A stretch of 30,969 nucleotides of DNA from Clostridia bacterium (GTDB lineage: Bacteria > Bacillota > Clostridia > Christensenellales > Aristaeellaceae): the NCBI GenBank assembly GCA_045599485.1, contig JAZRWA010000050.1:1-30969 (forward strand). Direction: 5' to 3'. Positions 1 to 8,747 of this stretch are shown one piece after another (position 1 is the stretch's first letter; each line of letters starts with the position of its first letter). Under the pieces are notes generated by a model, which saw only the letters and a list, made by a program, of their open reading frames with translations, made no database searches and was not told where the DNA came from. Both the position numbers and the translations under genes were made by a program.

Positions 1-573
1 ATAATTGGTGCTGGCAACAGCCCCTTTTGCGATGGCGTATTCGGTAGGCTGCACGCGTACAATGCTGTTTTCGGTTTCACCATATGCCACGCCAAAGTAA
101 TCATTGGCTTCGGTTGAACTCAGCAGAAAGATACGGTCCTCCGTATCATTACCGCCTTTGGTTTTGTGAGTGGAAGAAGAAACCGCAGTAAAATCGAATA
201 ACTGTCCGGGACCGTTATCCACGGATGTGAGCAGGATGAGCTTCTGTTCTTCCTCCGTGAAGGCAGCGGCAAAGAAATCCTCATTCAGCCAGGTGCGCAG
301 CGTGCAGGTTTCCCATGTCTCATTGGCGTAACGGGACCGGCTGTTGTTGTATGGCGTGACATCCAGTCCCAAACGGCTGATGACAAGCGCCTTATCCTCC
401 CGGAGATCAAGTACGATCCATTCGATGGGGGTGCTGTCAGTACCATCCGCGGTTTGGGAATAGTGACCAAAGGTGAGGATACTGTCATCGGCGGCTTCGG
501 CTTGAACGGTACCGATGTTCAGCAGGCACAGGGCAAGCAGGGGAAGAAGAATGACCGAAAAGATTTTTTTCAT
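1..573 (-). CDS. secreted DUF6273-like protein (3' end runs off the window)
   Basis: ATG at 573..571. My own translation gives MKKIFSVILLPLLALCLLNIGTVQAEAADD (signal peptide), then FGHYSQTADGTDSTPIEWIVLD...TWETCTLRTWLNEDFF, which is the typical DUF6273 pattern. The frame stays open to position 1. It is absent from the ORF track because no stop lies in the window. Confidence 0.6.
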   Translation of the reverse strand, partial: MKKIFSVILLPLLALCLLNIGTVQAEAADDSILTFGHYSQTADGTDSTPIEWIVLDLREDKALVISRLGLDVTPYNNSRSRYANETWETCTLRTWLNEDFFAAAFTEEEQKLILLTSVDNGPGQLFDFTAVSSSTHKTKGGNDTEDRIFLLSSTEANDYFGVAYGETENSIVRVQPTEYAIAKGAVASTNY

Positions 574-594
574 GTGATGAGACCTTTCTGATCA

Positions 595-1422
595 TTATAA
601 ATTCAGCAGCACCAGCGCGGCGGCAATGATCGCCATGGCGCCCCACTGGCGGCGGCTGAGACGCTCACGGAAGACAAGCGCGCCGATGAGTGATGTCACG
701 GCGATGACACCGGCGCTGAAGCAGGGATAGGCAATGACCGCGGGCAGGCTGTTCAGTGAAGCCAGCAGGAAACGGGTACTGAAGTAATTGGGCACGGCGA
801 TGAGGATGCCGTCGATCACATCCCATTTGCTGATGGGACTGCGGCGCATAAGGCATACAAGCGCGCACAGGACGAGCGCGGAACCGAAGGTGATCAGCAG
901 AAACAGGCTGTTCAGCTCGGTATTGCCCAGCTGCTCATGCACCTTGGACATACCGTCCGCCATACCGCCGCCCACAAGGAGCAGCAGCAGCCCGGGCAGA
1001 CTCTGCACGGTCGTTTTTTGCTTGGATTGACCGTTCATCAGCAATACAGCGGCAACAGTGAGCACAAGTCCCGCGCCGCGGGAAAGATTCAGCACATCGC
1101 CGAAAAAGATCAGCGACAACAACGTGGGGACCAGTACGCCCAGCTTCATGAACGTGGAAGAAAGGATAACGCCGTTGTGCGTAACGTTCCACTGCAGCAG
1201 CATGAAAGCCCCCAGATACAGCGCGCCGTTGATAAGCCCCAGCGAGAGTGTGATGCCAAAGCCATCCGCAGGCGTGAAGGAGGTGAACAGCGCCGCCAGC
1301 ACGGTGCACATCATGTAGTTGCACAGCAGCATCGAAACACGTCCCTTGCCGTGGCGTTCGCTCAGCCGCATCAGGACGGAGATGAGGGTGCTCATCAGCA
1401 CCGCAACGATCAAGTTCAGCAT
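595..1422 (-). CDS. EamA/DMT-family membrane transporter
   Basis: Polytopic hydrophobic ORF. I chose the internal ATG at 1422 (MLNLIVAVLMS...) because GGAGGG lies about 8 nt upstream. TAA stop at 595..597. Confidence 0.7.
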   Translation of the reverse strand: MLNLIVAVLMSTLISVLMRLSERHGKGRVSMLLCNYMMCTVLAALFTSFTPADGFGITLSLGLINGALYLGAFMLLQWNVTHNGVILSSTFMKLGVLVPTLLSLIFFGDVLNLSRGAGLVLTVAAVLLMNGQSKQKTTVQSLPGLLLLLVGGGMADGMSKVHEQLGNTELNSLFLLITFGSALVLCALVCLMRRSPISKWDVIDGILIAVPNYFSTRFLLASLNSLPAVIAYPCFSAGVIAVTSLIGALVFRERLSRRQWGAMAIIAAALVLLNL

Positions 1423-1595
1423 GTACGTAAGCCCTCCGAATAAAGTGCGTAAAAATAATAACACCTTTGCACAAATGATGCAACATCTGTACAAAGGTGC
1501 CATGGGCAGCGATCAACGCGGCCCTTTTCCGAAGGAAGAACGGGAGAACCCCCTTCTCCGCTTGGAAAGGGAGGTTCCCCCGAAAAGAGAAACGA

Positions 1596-3506
1596 TTATT
1601 CAGCAGCCTGCTCCAGGCACAGGGCGACAGCGTCCATGATGCGGCCGGAGGTCAGGGTGGCAGAGGAATAGATATCCACATCGGGGCTGTTGGCAGCCAC
1701 GATATCCTGCGGGATCTTTTCAAGAGCAGTAGCGGCGATGACCATGGTCTCGTGGGCTTCCACGATCTCCACATTGGCGATCTTGCCTTCGGCGACAACG
1801 ACCTTCACGGTCATCTTGCCTTCCTGACCGCTGACGGTGGCGGTGTATTCGCCGTCCTTCAGGGCCTTGCTCATGTCGAAGCGGGCTTCGGAATCCGCTT
1901 CGGGCTTGGCAAACATTTCAGCGGTGATGGTGGTGGACTTTTCCTTGGCCACATAACCGGTAGCGGGTTCGTTGTTCATGGCAGCGCGGGCGGCCAGACG
2001 ACCGAACACGATGGGGCCCATGACGCCGGTACCGCCGGAGACGAACTTGCCCCAGATGCCGCCCACGCACTCGCCGGCAGCATACAGACCGGGAATGGCT
2101 TCGCCGGCGGTATCCAGCACCTGACCATCCACGTTGACGGTGACACCGCCCAGAGTCATGACGACCAAGGCCTTCAGGGCGATGGCATAGTACTTATCGC
2201 CTTCGATCTTGTTGATGGCAGCGCAGTAGGAGGGATTGTTCTTGATGGCGTCCTCGGTGTATTCACGGCCGAACTCATCGGGTTCGCCGGATTCCACATG
2301 GGCGTTGTAATCGGCAATGGTAGCCTTCAGGTTTTCAGCGGGGATGCCCAGCTTGTCAGCCAGCTCTTCGATGGAATCGGCAGAGATGACGGCATCGCTG
2401 TAGGTCTTGCCGGGGGCATAGTAGAAGTTCCAGAACACAGAGGAGCCCAGCGCTTCGGTATCGGCAATGATCTTATCGGTGAAGATATCATACTGCACGG
2501 CGTTGGTCTGCTCTTCCAGGGTCACTTCGCGGGCAACCACGTCAGCGTCGTTTTCGTTGGCGAAGCGGAAGCCTTCCTGATTGACGGAGATGGCGCCGGC
2601 CTTCCACATGTAGGAGGAAGCGATCACGCCGATGCCGGGGGCCGTTTCATGACCCATGGGGAAGGTGGGAATGTAGGTCATCGCGGTGGGATCGATGTAG
2701 GCGCCGGCTTCCTGCATCATGTAGATGCCGTAGCCGTCAGAGGCGGTGGCGCCGCCCAGCACATAGTTGGCGCCGTTCTTGGCGAAGGCGGACATCATGG
2801 TGGGGTTGCCGGAGTAGCCGCCGGTGGCCATGATAACGGCCTTCTTGGCGGTGTAGCGCACGGTATCGCCGTTGGCGTCGGTAGCGACCACGGTCAGCAC
2901 CTGGCCCTGCTCATTGGCTTCCAGAGCGGTGGCAGTGGTGTTGAAATCGATGGTTACGCCGGCGTAGGGTTCGGTCGCCAGCACGGCATCCAGGATCTCA
3001 TGGGCAGCGCTCTTGTAGTTGGCGCGGTCCTTGGCAGAGGGCTTGTAGGTACGGGCGATGGTGTACAGCTGATGTTCGGGAGCGAACACGGCGTGCACAG
3101 AGTACTCGCTCAGGCCGTTGTCCCACAGCCACTGGATGGTGTCGGTGTCTTCTTCCACGTAGGCACGGATCAGCTCTTCGTTGCCCAGCTGGGCGCCGTT
3201 GGCCAGAATATCCTGCACGTAGCATTCCTTGGTATCCACGATGCCGTCGAGCTCCTGAATGATGGTCTCGGCGCCGGACATGGAACCGGAGGTGAAGTTG
3301 AGGGAGCCGCCGGTGCGGCCGGTCTTTTCAAGGATGATGACGCTTTCGGCACCGTCGTTGATGGCTTCGATGGCAGCAGCCATACCGCCGCCGCCGGCAC
3401 CGACGATGATGATGTCGGCGGTCTTGACGGCGTCTTCAGCCAGAACAACGCCGCAGCAGGACAGCAGCATCGTCACGGTCAGCAGGATCGCGAGAAACTT
3501 TTTCAT
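1596..3506 (-). CDS. exported FAD-dependent reductase (fumarate/urocanate-reductase-like flavoprotein) with a C-terminal FMN_bind domain; probable lipoprotein
   Basis: Signal peptide with a Cys (MKKFLAILLTVTMLLSCCG). Dinucleotide-binding motif IIIVGAGGGGMAAA. The C-terminal ~90 aa match FMN_bind, with a flavinylation-type motif DVDIYSSATLTSG. RBS GGGAGGAAAA. TAA stop. Confidence 0.85.
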   Translation of the reverse strand: MKKFLAILLTVTMLLSCCGVVLAEDAVKTADIIIVGAGGGGMAAAIEAINDGAESVIILEKTGRTGGSLNFTSGSMSGAETIIQELDGIVDTKECYVQDILANGAQLGNEELIRAYVEEDTDTIQWLWDNGLSEYSVHAVFAPEHQLYTIARTYKPSAKDRANYKSAAHEILDAVLATEPYAGVTIDFNTTATALEANEQGQVLTVVATDANGDTVRYTAKKAVIMATGGYSGNPTMMSAFAKNGANYVLGGATASDGYGIYMMQEAGAYIDPTAMTYIPTFPMGHETAPGIGVIASSYMWKAGAISVNQEGFRFANENDADVVAREVTLEEQTNAVQYDIFTDKIIADTEALGSSVFWNFYYAPGKTYSDAVISADSIEELADKLGIPAENLKATIADYNAHVESGEPDEFGREYTEDAIKNNPSYCAAINKIEGDKYYAIALKALVVMTLGGVTVNVDGQVLDTAGEAIPGLYAAGECVGGIWGKFVSGGTGVMGPIVFGRLAARAAMNNEPATGYVAKEKSTTITAEMFAKPEADSEARFDMSKALKDGEYTATVSGQEGKMTVKVVVAEGKIANVEIVEAHETMVIAATALEKIPQDIVAANSPDVDIYSSATLTSGRIMDAVALCLEQAAE

Positions 3507-3559
3507 GGGTTTTCCTCCCTGATATGGATTTGTCCCAACGGGACATTAATACAGATATA

Positions 3560-3588
3560 ATTATATCGATAATGTTTTTTCATGTCAA
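3560..3588 (-). promoter_or_regulatory. sigma-A-type promoter for the 1596..3506 reductase gene
   Basis: On the minus strand: TTGACA (3588..3583), 17-nt spacer, TATAAT (3565..3560). Both hexamers match consensus. Confidence 0.55.
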
Positions 3589-3614
3589 GTACAAACAAAA
3601 AACATTACAACCTG

Positions 3615-3643
3615 TTGACAATGGTCAGATTTCGTGATTTAAT
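3615..3643 (+). promoter_or_regulatory. sigma-A-type promoter for the T-box leader
   Basis: TTGACA at 3615..3620, 17-nt spacer containing an extended -10 TG at 3635..3636, and TTTAAT at 3638..3643. Confidence 0.45.
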
Positions 3644-3649
3644 AACATC

Positions 3650-3932
3650 ACAAACCGATGAAGAAGACGAGTACATCCCTTAAACAATCCCAAAGAGAGC
3701 CGCGGATGGTGAAATCGCGGCGGATGGTACCGGATGGAATGGACTTCCGAGGGCGACCCGAACGAACGCCGGTTCAAGTAGGCAAGCCGGAGATGATCTC
3801 TCCGTTAACAACAGTCGGCATATGAAAGTATGTCTGAGGCGGACGCCGCAAGGCGTCAAGCGGGGTGGCACCGCAGGAAGATTACAGTGATCGATCCTGT
3901 CCCGGCAAGAAATTGTCCGGGACAGGTTTTTT
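3650..3932 (+). promoter_or_regulatory. T-box leader riboswitch, tryptophan (UGG) specifier
   Basis: GA/K-turn-like GATGAAGAAGACGAGTA. AG bay AGAGAG with a distal GGTGAAA loop. Stem I helix CATCC/GGATG brackets a specifier loop with GAA-TGG-A (UGG at 3740..3742). Stem III is GACGCC-GCAA-GGCGTC. T-box core is AAGCGGGGTGGCACCGCAGG (about 3859..3878). The antiterminator 3' strand CCTGTCCC overlaps the terminator stem. Confidence 0.85.
3896..3932 (+). terminator. intrinsic terminator of the T-box leader
   Basis: CCTGTCCCGG ... CCGGGACAGG perfect 10-bp stem, followed by TTTTTT. Confidence 0.8.
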
Positions 3933-4066
3933 ATATGCAGGAGGTCAAAAAGATGAAACAGAAGCGATGGCGCTGCCGCGCCGAATGATGATTGCGTGAA
4001 GATCCCTCATTCCTCTTGAACTCAGCAAAACAAACCATACTATGAATGAAAGAAAGGAAAATCACC

Positions 4067-5089
4067 ATGAAAAAGTTTTTTGCTCTTCTCGTCGCCGTTA
4101 TGATGCTCCTCTCCGCCGCTTCCTTCTCCGTTGCCGAAGAAAAGACCTTTAAGATCGGTATCTGCAATTACGTTTCCGACGCCTCCCTGAATCAGATTGT
4201 GGAAAACATCGAAGCCCAGCTGGCGGACATCACCGCCGCGACGGGCGTCAAGTTCGAAGTGATGTATGATAACTGCGAAGCCAACAGCGCCACCTTGCAG
4301 CTGATCGTCACCAAGTTCATCAGCGCCGGTGTGGACCTGATGATCGGTGTTGCCACCCCCGTGGCCATCGTGATGCAGGGTGCTACAGAAGATAACCAGA
4401 TCCCCGTGGTGTTCGCCGCCGTGTCCGACCCGCTGGGCTGCGGTCTGGTCGAGACCCTTGCAGCACCCGGCGCCAACGTAACCGGCACCTCCGACTATCT
4501 GGATACCAACGCCGTCATGAACCTGATCTTTGCCGCCGATCCCGAGGCCGATATGATCGCCCTGCTGTATGATGTGGGTCAGGATTCCTCCGCCGCCGCC
4601 ATCGCCGACGCCAAGGCTTACCTGACCGCCAAGGGCGTGCAGTACAAGGAATACACCGGCACCAACCCCTCCGAGGTCCTGCAGGCCGCCCAGGCCATTG
4701 CCGCCGATCAGTGCGACGCCGTCTTCACCCCCTCTGACAACACCGTCATGAACGCCGAACTGAGCATTTACGAAGTGCTGGCCGAAGCCGGCATTCCCCA
4801 CTACACCGGTGCTGACTCCTTCGCCCTGAACGGCGCTTTCCTGGGCTACGGCGTGGACTACGCCAACCTGGGCCGCTGCACCGCCGACCTGGCCGCCGAG
4901 ATCCTGGTGGAAGGCAAGGCCCCCGCTGAAGTGCCCGTCATGACCTTCGACAACGGCACCGCCACCATCAATACCGAGATCTGCGCCGAGCTGGGCATCG
5001 ATTTTGACACCGTGTCCGCCGCTTTTGCTCCCTACTGCACCGCCATCAAGACCATCGTGACCGCCGAAAGCTTCGGCGACGTGCAGTAA
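4067..5089 (+). CDS. ABC transporter substrate-binding protein, PF04392 (ABC_sub_bind) family; candidate tryptophan-binding protein
   Basis: Signal peptide MKKFFALLVAVMMLLSAASFSVA. Family-typical blocks VDLMIGVATPVA and VVFAAVSDPLGCGLV...GANVTGTSD. ATG at 4067 is preceded by AAAGGAAAA. It lies directly downstream of the Trp T-box. TAA stop. Confidence 0.8.
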   Translation: MKKFFALLVAVMMLLSAASFSVAEEKTFKIGICNYVSDASLNQIVENIEAQLADITAATGVKFEVMYDNCEANSATLQLIVTKFISAGVDLMIGVATPVAIVMQGATEDNQIPVVFAAVSDPLGCGLVETLAAPGANVTGTSDYLDTNAVMNLIFAADPEADMIALLYDVGQDSSAAAIADAKAYLTAKGVQYKEYTGTNPSEVLQAAQAIAADQCDAVFTPSDNTVMNAELSIYEVLAEAGIPHYTGADSFALNGAFLGYGVDYANLGRCTADLAAEILVEGKAPAEVPVMTFDNGTATINTEICAELGIDFDTVSAAFAPYCTAIKTIVTAESFGDVQ

Positions 5090-5167
5090 CTTACACGCGC
5101 TTTTCAAGGGCGTCGGGTCACCGGCGCCCTTCCCTTTCTGTAAAGACCCTGAAAAGGAGCCCGAACC

Positions 5168-6103
5168 ATGACGATCTCCGCGATCCTCTCTTTGGGACAG
5201 ACCTCGCTGGAGCTGGGGCTGATCGAAGCCCTGACCGTGTTGGCGCTGTTCCTCAGCTATTCCATGCTGAATGTATGTGACCTGTCGACCGATGGCTGCT
5301 TTACGCTGGGCGCCGCGGTGGGTGCCGTGGTGGCGGTGGCTGGGCATCCCTATCTGTCACTGCCCGCCGCCATGCTGGCCGGTGTGGTCAGCGGCTTTGT
5401 GACGGCGCTGCTGCAGACGCGCATGGGCATCAACTCCCTGCTCGCCGGCATCATCGTCAATACGGCGCTTTTTTCCATCAACATCGCGGTGATGGGCGGC
5501 GCCTCACTGGTCAACCTGAACAGGGCGGATACGGTGTTTTCCATTCTGAACAAGCTGACCAAGGGCACGGTATGGCATGACTATTACAAGCTGCTCATCG
5601 CAGGCGCGGCGGTCGTACTGGTGATCGTTTTCCTTCGTTTCTTTTTGCAGACCAAGCTGGGCCTTTCCATCCGCGCCACAGGTGACAACCCCGACATGGT
5701 GCGTTCCAGCTCCATCAATCCCGCGTTTACCACCATGGTAGGTCTGTGCATCTCCAACTCCTTCACGGCACTGAGCGGTTGCCTGCTGGCCCAGTACAAC
5801 AAAATGGCCAACATCGATATCGGCAGCGGCATTGTGACCATCGCGCTGGCCAGCCTGCTGATGGGCGGCGTCTTCCTGGGCCGCGGCGGCATCGTCAAGC
5901 GTGCCATCGGCGCGGTCTTGGGTTCGGTGCTCTTTCAGCTGGTCTACGCCATTGCCCTGCGCTTCAATATGCCCACCTTCATGCTCAAGGCCGTATCGGC
6001 GGTCATTATCATTCTGGCCATCGGCGGTCCCTACATGAAAAAGCAGCTTCCGCTGATGGTGCGCCGTCTGAACGCCATGAAGGGAGGCCGGAACCATGGC
6101 TGA
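5168..6103 (+). CDS. ABC transporter permease (BPD_transp_2-type)
   Basis: Polytopic membrane ORF with RBS AAAGGAG. It overlaps the downstream ATPase gene by 8 nt. TGA stop. Confidence 0.8.
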   Translation: MTISAILSLGQTSLELGLIEALTVLALFLSYSMLNVCDLSTDGCFTLGAAVGAVVAVAGHPYLSLPAAMLAGVVSGFVTALLQTRMGINSLLAGIIVNTALFSINIAVMGGASLVNLNRADTVFSILNKLTKGTVWHDYYKLLIAGAAVVLVIVFLRFFLQTKLGLSIRATGDNPDMVRSSSINPAFTTMVGLCISNSFTALSGCLLAQYNKMANIDIGSGIVTIALASLLMGGVFLGRGGIVKRAIGAVLGSVLFQLVYAIALRFNMPTFMLKAVSAVIIILAIGGPYMKKQLPLMVRRLNAMKGGRNHG

Positions 6104-6899
6104 CAGTCCCATCCTTACCTTAAAAGGCGTATGCAAGACCTTCAACCCCGGTACGGTCAATGCCAAACAGGTGTTTGACGGGCTCGACCTGGAAGTGAAC
6201 AAGGGCGATTTCATCACCATCATCGGCGCCAACGGCGCGGGAAAGTCAACGCTGTTCAACGCCATCTGCGGCAGCTTTTATGTGGATAAGGGCCGCATTG
6301 AGCTGGACGGCAGGGACATCACCTACATGCCCGATCATCAGCGTTCCAGAACGATCGGCAGGCTCTTTCAGGATCCCATGCGCGGCTCCGCCCCCGGCAT
6401 GACCATTGAGGAAAATATGGCGCTGGCGGCCGGCCGCGGCGGCTGGCTCAGCAGTGTCAGCCGCGCGGATAAGGAACTGTTCAGGCAGCGCCTGATGCTG
6501 CTGGACATGGGGCTGGAAAACCGCATGAAGCAGCCGGTCGGCCTGCTCAGCGGCGGTCAACGTCAGGCGCTGACGCTGCTGATGGCCACCTTCAACCCGC
6601 CAAAGCTTTTGCTGCTGGATGAGCACACCGCCGCCCTGGACCCCGGTACTGCCGAAAAGGTGCTGAACATCACCCGTCAGGTGGTGGAGGAAAACAACCT
6701 GACCTGCATGATGATCACCCACAACATGCAAAGCGCGCTGGAGCTGGGCACGCGTACGCTGATGATGCACAACGGACACATCATTCTGGATGTCCGCGGT
6801 GAGGAAAGAGCCCGCATGACGGTGGAAGACCTGCTGGAGCGTTTCCGCGAAAACGCCGGCCGCGCGCTGGACAATGACCGCATGCTGCTGAACACCTGA
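6096..6899 (+). CDS. ABC transporter ATP-binding protein
   Basis: Walker A GANGAGKST, signature LSGGQRQ, Walker B LLLLDEHTAALD. TGA stop. Confidence 0.9.
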   Translation: MADSPILTLKGVCKTFNPGTVNAKQVFDGLDLEVNKGDFITIIGANGAGKSTLFNAICGSFYVDKGRIELDGRDITYMPDHQRSRTIGRLFQDPMRGSAPGMTIEENMALAAGRGGWLSSVSRADKELFRQRLMLLDMGLENRMKQPVGLLSGGQRQALTLLMATFNPPKLLLLDEHTAALDPGTAEKVLNITRQVVEENNLTCMMITHNMQSALELGTRTLMMHNGHIILDVRGEERARMTVEDLLERFRENAGRALDNDRMLLNT

Positions 6900-6970
6900 G
6901 CAAAAAATGTTTGCGACTCCGATAAAAATATGATATGATAATAGAACCAAAAACAAGGAGGACTTTTCTT

Positions 6971-7663
6971 ATGAAGAAAGCAGTATCTATGGTACTCGCC
7001 CTCGTTCTGATGCTGTCCCTGTGCGCCGCGGCTTCCGCTGCCGGCAAGCTGGTGGTGAGCAGCGAGAACATGGTGGTTGTAGAATCCTACAGCTATTACT
7101 ACGCCTACGTCTTCGCTGAAGTGACCAACACCGGTGACAAGCCCGTGCAGTACAACGCCTGCCTGATGGAAGTGCTGGATGAAAACGGTGAAGTGCTGGG
7201 CAACCGTGACTACGGCAACTGCTATCCCAAGTATCTGAATCCCGGTGAATCGGGCTACCTGGTCGTCTACGACTCCACCGATGACAAGAGCGTTGTTCCC
7301 GCGGATTACACCCTGACCGTGACCGGCAAGTCTGCTTCCGAAAACCCCATCAAGCGTCTGCCCGCCACTGTGCAGGTGGTCGATGTTCCCCGCGGCTACG
7401 GCAACTATGTGGACAAGGTGGCCATCATCACCGTGACCAATGATACCGACGCGGCTGTGCTGGATTACACCGTGGTGTATATCGCCCGTGATGCCGAAGG
7501 CAACATCATCTGCGTGACCGATGGTTACACCGGCAACAGCGGCATCCTGGCCGGCGGCAGCATCCTCAACAAGCTGGATCTCCGCTATGAAAACACCCTG
7601 AGCGCCGCGATGGAATCCGGCGTCGAATTCACCATCGAAGCCATCGCCTTCATCAATAACTGA
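6971..7663 (+). CDS. hypothetical exported protein with two similar beta-rich halves
   Basis: ATG at 6971 after AAGGAGGA. Signal peptide MKKAVSMVLALVLMLSLCAAASAAG. I do not recognise a family. TGA stop. Confidence 0.6.
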   Translation: MKKAVSMVLALVLMLSLCAAASAAGKLVVSSENMVVVESYSYYYAYVFAEVTNTGDKPVQYNACLMEVLDENGEVLGNRDYGNCYPKYLNPGESGYLVVYDSTDDKSVVPADYTLTVTGKSASENPIKRLPATVQVVDVPRGYGNYVDKVAIITVTNDTDAAVLDYTVVYIARDAEGNIICVTDGYTGNSGILAGGSILNKLDLRYENTLSAAMESGVEFTIEAIAFINN

Positions 7664-7760
7664 CAATTTTCCAAAGGCTTCGGCCTTTCGGAAGAATCCT
7701 GAACATACGCCCCTGCAGTGCATGAAACCTCATGTGTGCAGGGGCGTTATGCTGCCTGTA

Positions 7761-7813
7761 AATAAAAACGGAGGAGAGCCTTGCTGCCTGAAAGGCACTG
7801 CCCGGCTCTCCCC
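7761..7813 (-). terminator. intrinsic terminator for the 7830..8576 gene
   Basis: On the minus strand, a GGGGAGAGCC...GGCTCTCCTC stem is followed by CGTTTTTATTT. Confidence 0.6.
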
Positions 7814-7829
7814 GATGGAAAGAACGATA

Positions 7830-8576
7830 TTACTTGACGATGGTGATGGCGTTGATCTGCTTCATACCCAGATCAAACAGTTCTTCGGTGGGCATGTACA
7901 CGTCCTCGCTGTCGCCGACCACGTTGATGGAGATCAGCACGCTGCTGTTGCTGAAGCGGCAGGGCACATACATGACCGCGCTCTGATAATACTTGACAGC
8001 GCCCGTCTCGGTATCGGTGTTGCTGTAGGCGTAGTTGAACCAGTAACCGGTGCCGCTGGGAGCAGTGAAGCTCTCGATCTCGGAAACGGTGCCGTTTTCG
8101 CCCGCGTAGTTCAGCATGGTGGGACGAACATATTCAGCCATCTCCTTGGGGCTGCGGGCCGCCACGGGAGAAACATAGATCATATCGATGGGGCTGTTTT
8201 CATCGGTGGGGATGAATGTAAAATCGGTCTTGATGTTTGCACCGTTCACGCTGGTGGTCAGCGGTCCGTTGTATTTGAAGCCTTCGATCGCCTCAACATC
8301 AGCCAGATGATAATACTTGCTGTTCTTGCCCGGGGTGCGCTCGGCGATGAGCCAGTTATCCGCCTTGCCCACGACCGCGCCGTTGCGGACCACCAGGGAT
8401 CCGTCATCATAGAAACCGTAATAGCCCACGACCAGCAGTACGATCACAGCCACAAGGGCCATGCCCGTCACCATCAGGGTGCGGCGGGTACGCTCGGTCT
8501 GGTCCTTCCACCATTCAGTAAAGGTGCGCTCCCTGGGTTTTACATACTTCGGCTTACGGCGATAATGCTTTGCCAT
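7830..8576 (-). CDS. hypothetical single-pass membrane-anchored protein
   Basis: Basic N-terminus (MAKHYRRKPKYVKPRERT), one TM segment (MVTGMALVAVIVLLVVGYY), then a soluble domain. TAA stop. Confidence 0.6.
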   Translation of the reverse strand: MAKHYRRKPKYVKPRERTFTEWWKDQTERTRRTLMVTGMALVAVIVLLVVGYYGFYDDGSLVVRNGAVVGKADNWLIAERTPGKNSKYYHLADVEAIEGFKYNGPLTTSVNGANIKTDFTFIPTDENSPIDMIYVSPVAARSPKEMAEYVRPTMLNYAGENGTVSEIESFTAPSGTGYWFNYAYSNTDTETGAVKYYQSAVMYVPCRFSNSSVLISINVVGDSEDVYMPTEELFDLGMKQINAITIVK

Positions 8577-8747
8577 TTTTCTTTTCCATCCTTTTTCTTT
8601 TTTACGACTGCATTATAACACAGCAGCAGGAAAAATACAACGACAGATGCGTTTTGCGCGCGTTTGCATCCGCAAAAGAATACAAAAAATACCGCCCGTC
8701 CCGGCAGGAAAAAGGGCTTCCGTGTCTAAATAATATAAGGCAAATAC

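Noticed and set aside
1497-3560. Long ORFs antisense to real genes: 1497..3560 (+), 4040..5347 (-), 5504..6265 (-), 6677..7723 (-), 7722..8618 (+), 12755..14389 (-), 29275..30633 (-).
   Set aside because: Their translations are low-complexity and rich in G, A, H, D and V, with no recognisable domains. They mirror well-supported genes on the opposite strand and lack RBS signals. These are shadow ORFs typical of GC-rich coding DNA.
5106-5131. Hairpin AAGGGCG...CGCCCTT between the binding-protein and permease genes, a possible terminator.
   Set aside because: No clear U-tract follows, and the downstream genes clearly belong to the same transporter. At most it is an intra-operon attenuating or stabilising hairpin, and I cannot support a firm call.
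7708-7746. Perfect 10-bp stem CGCCCCTGCA...TGCAGGGGCG after the 6971..7663 gene, a possible + strand terminator.
   Set aside because: The stem is convincing but is followed only by TTAT, with no U-run. It may still act as a terminator or RNA-stability element, but I left it out of the feature list.
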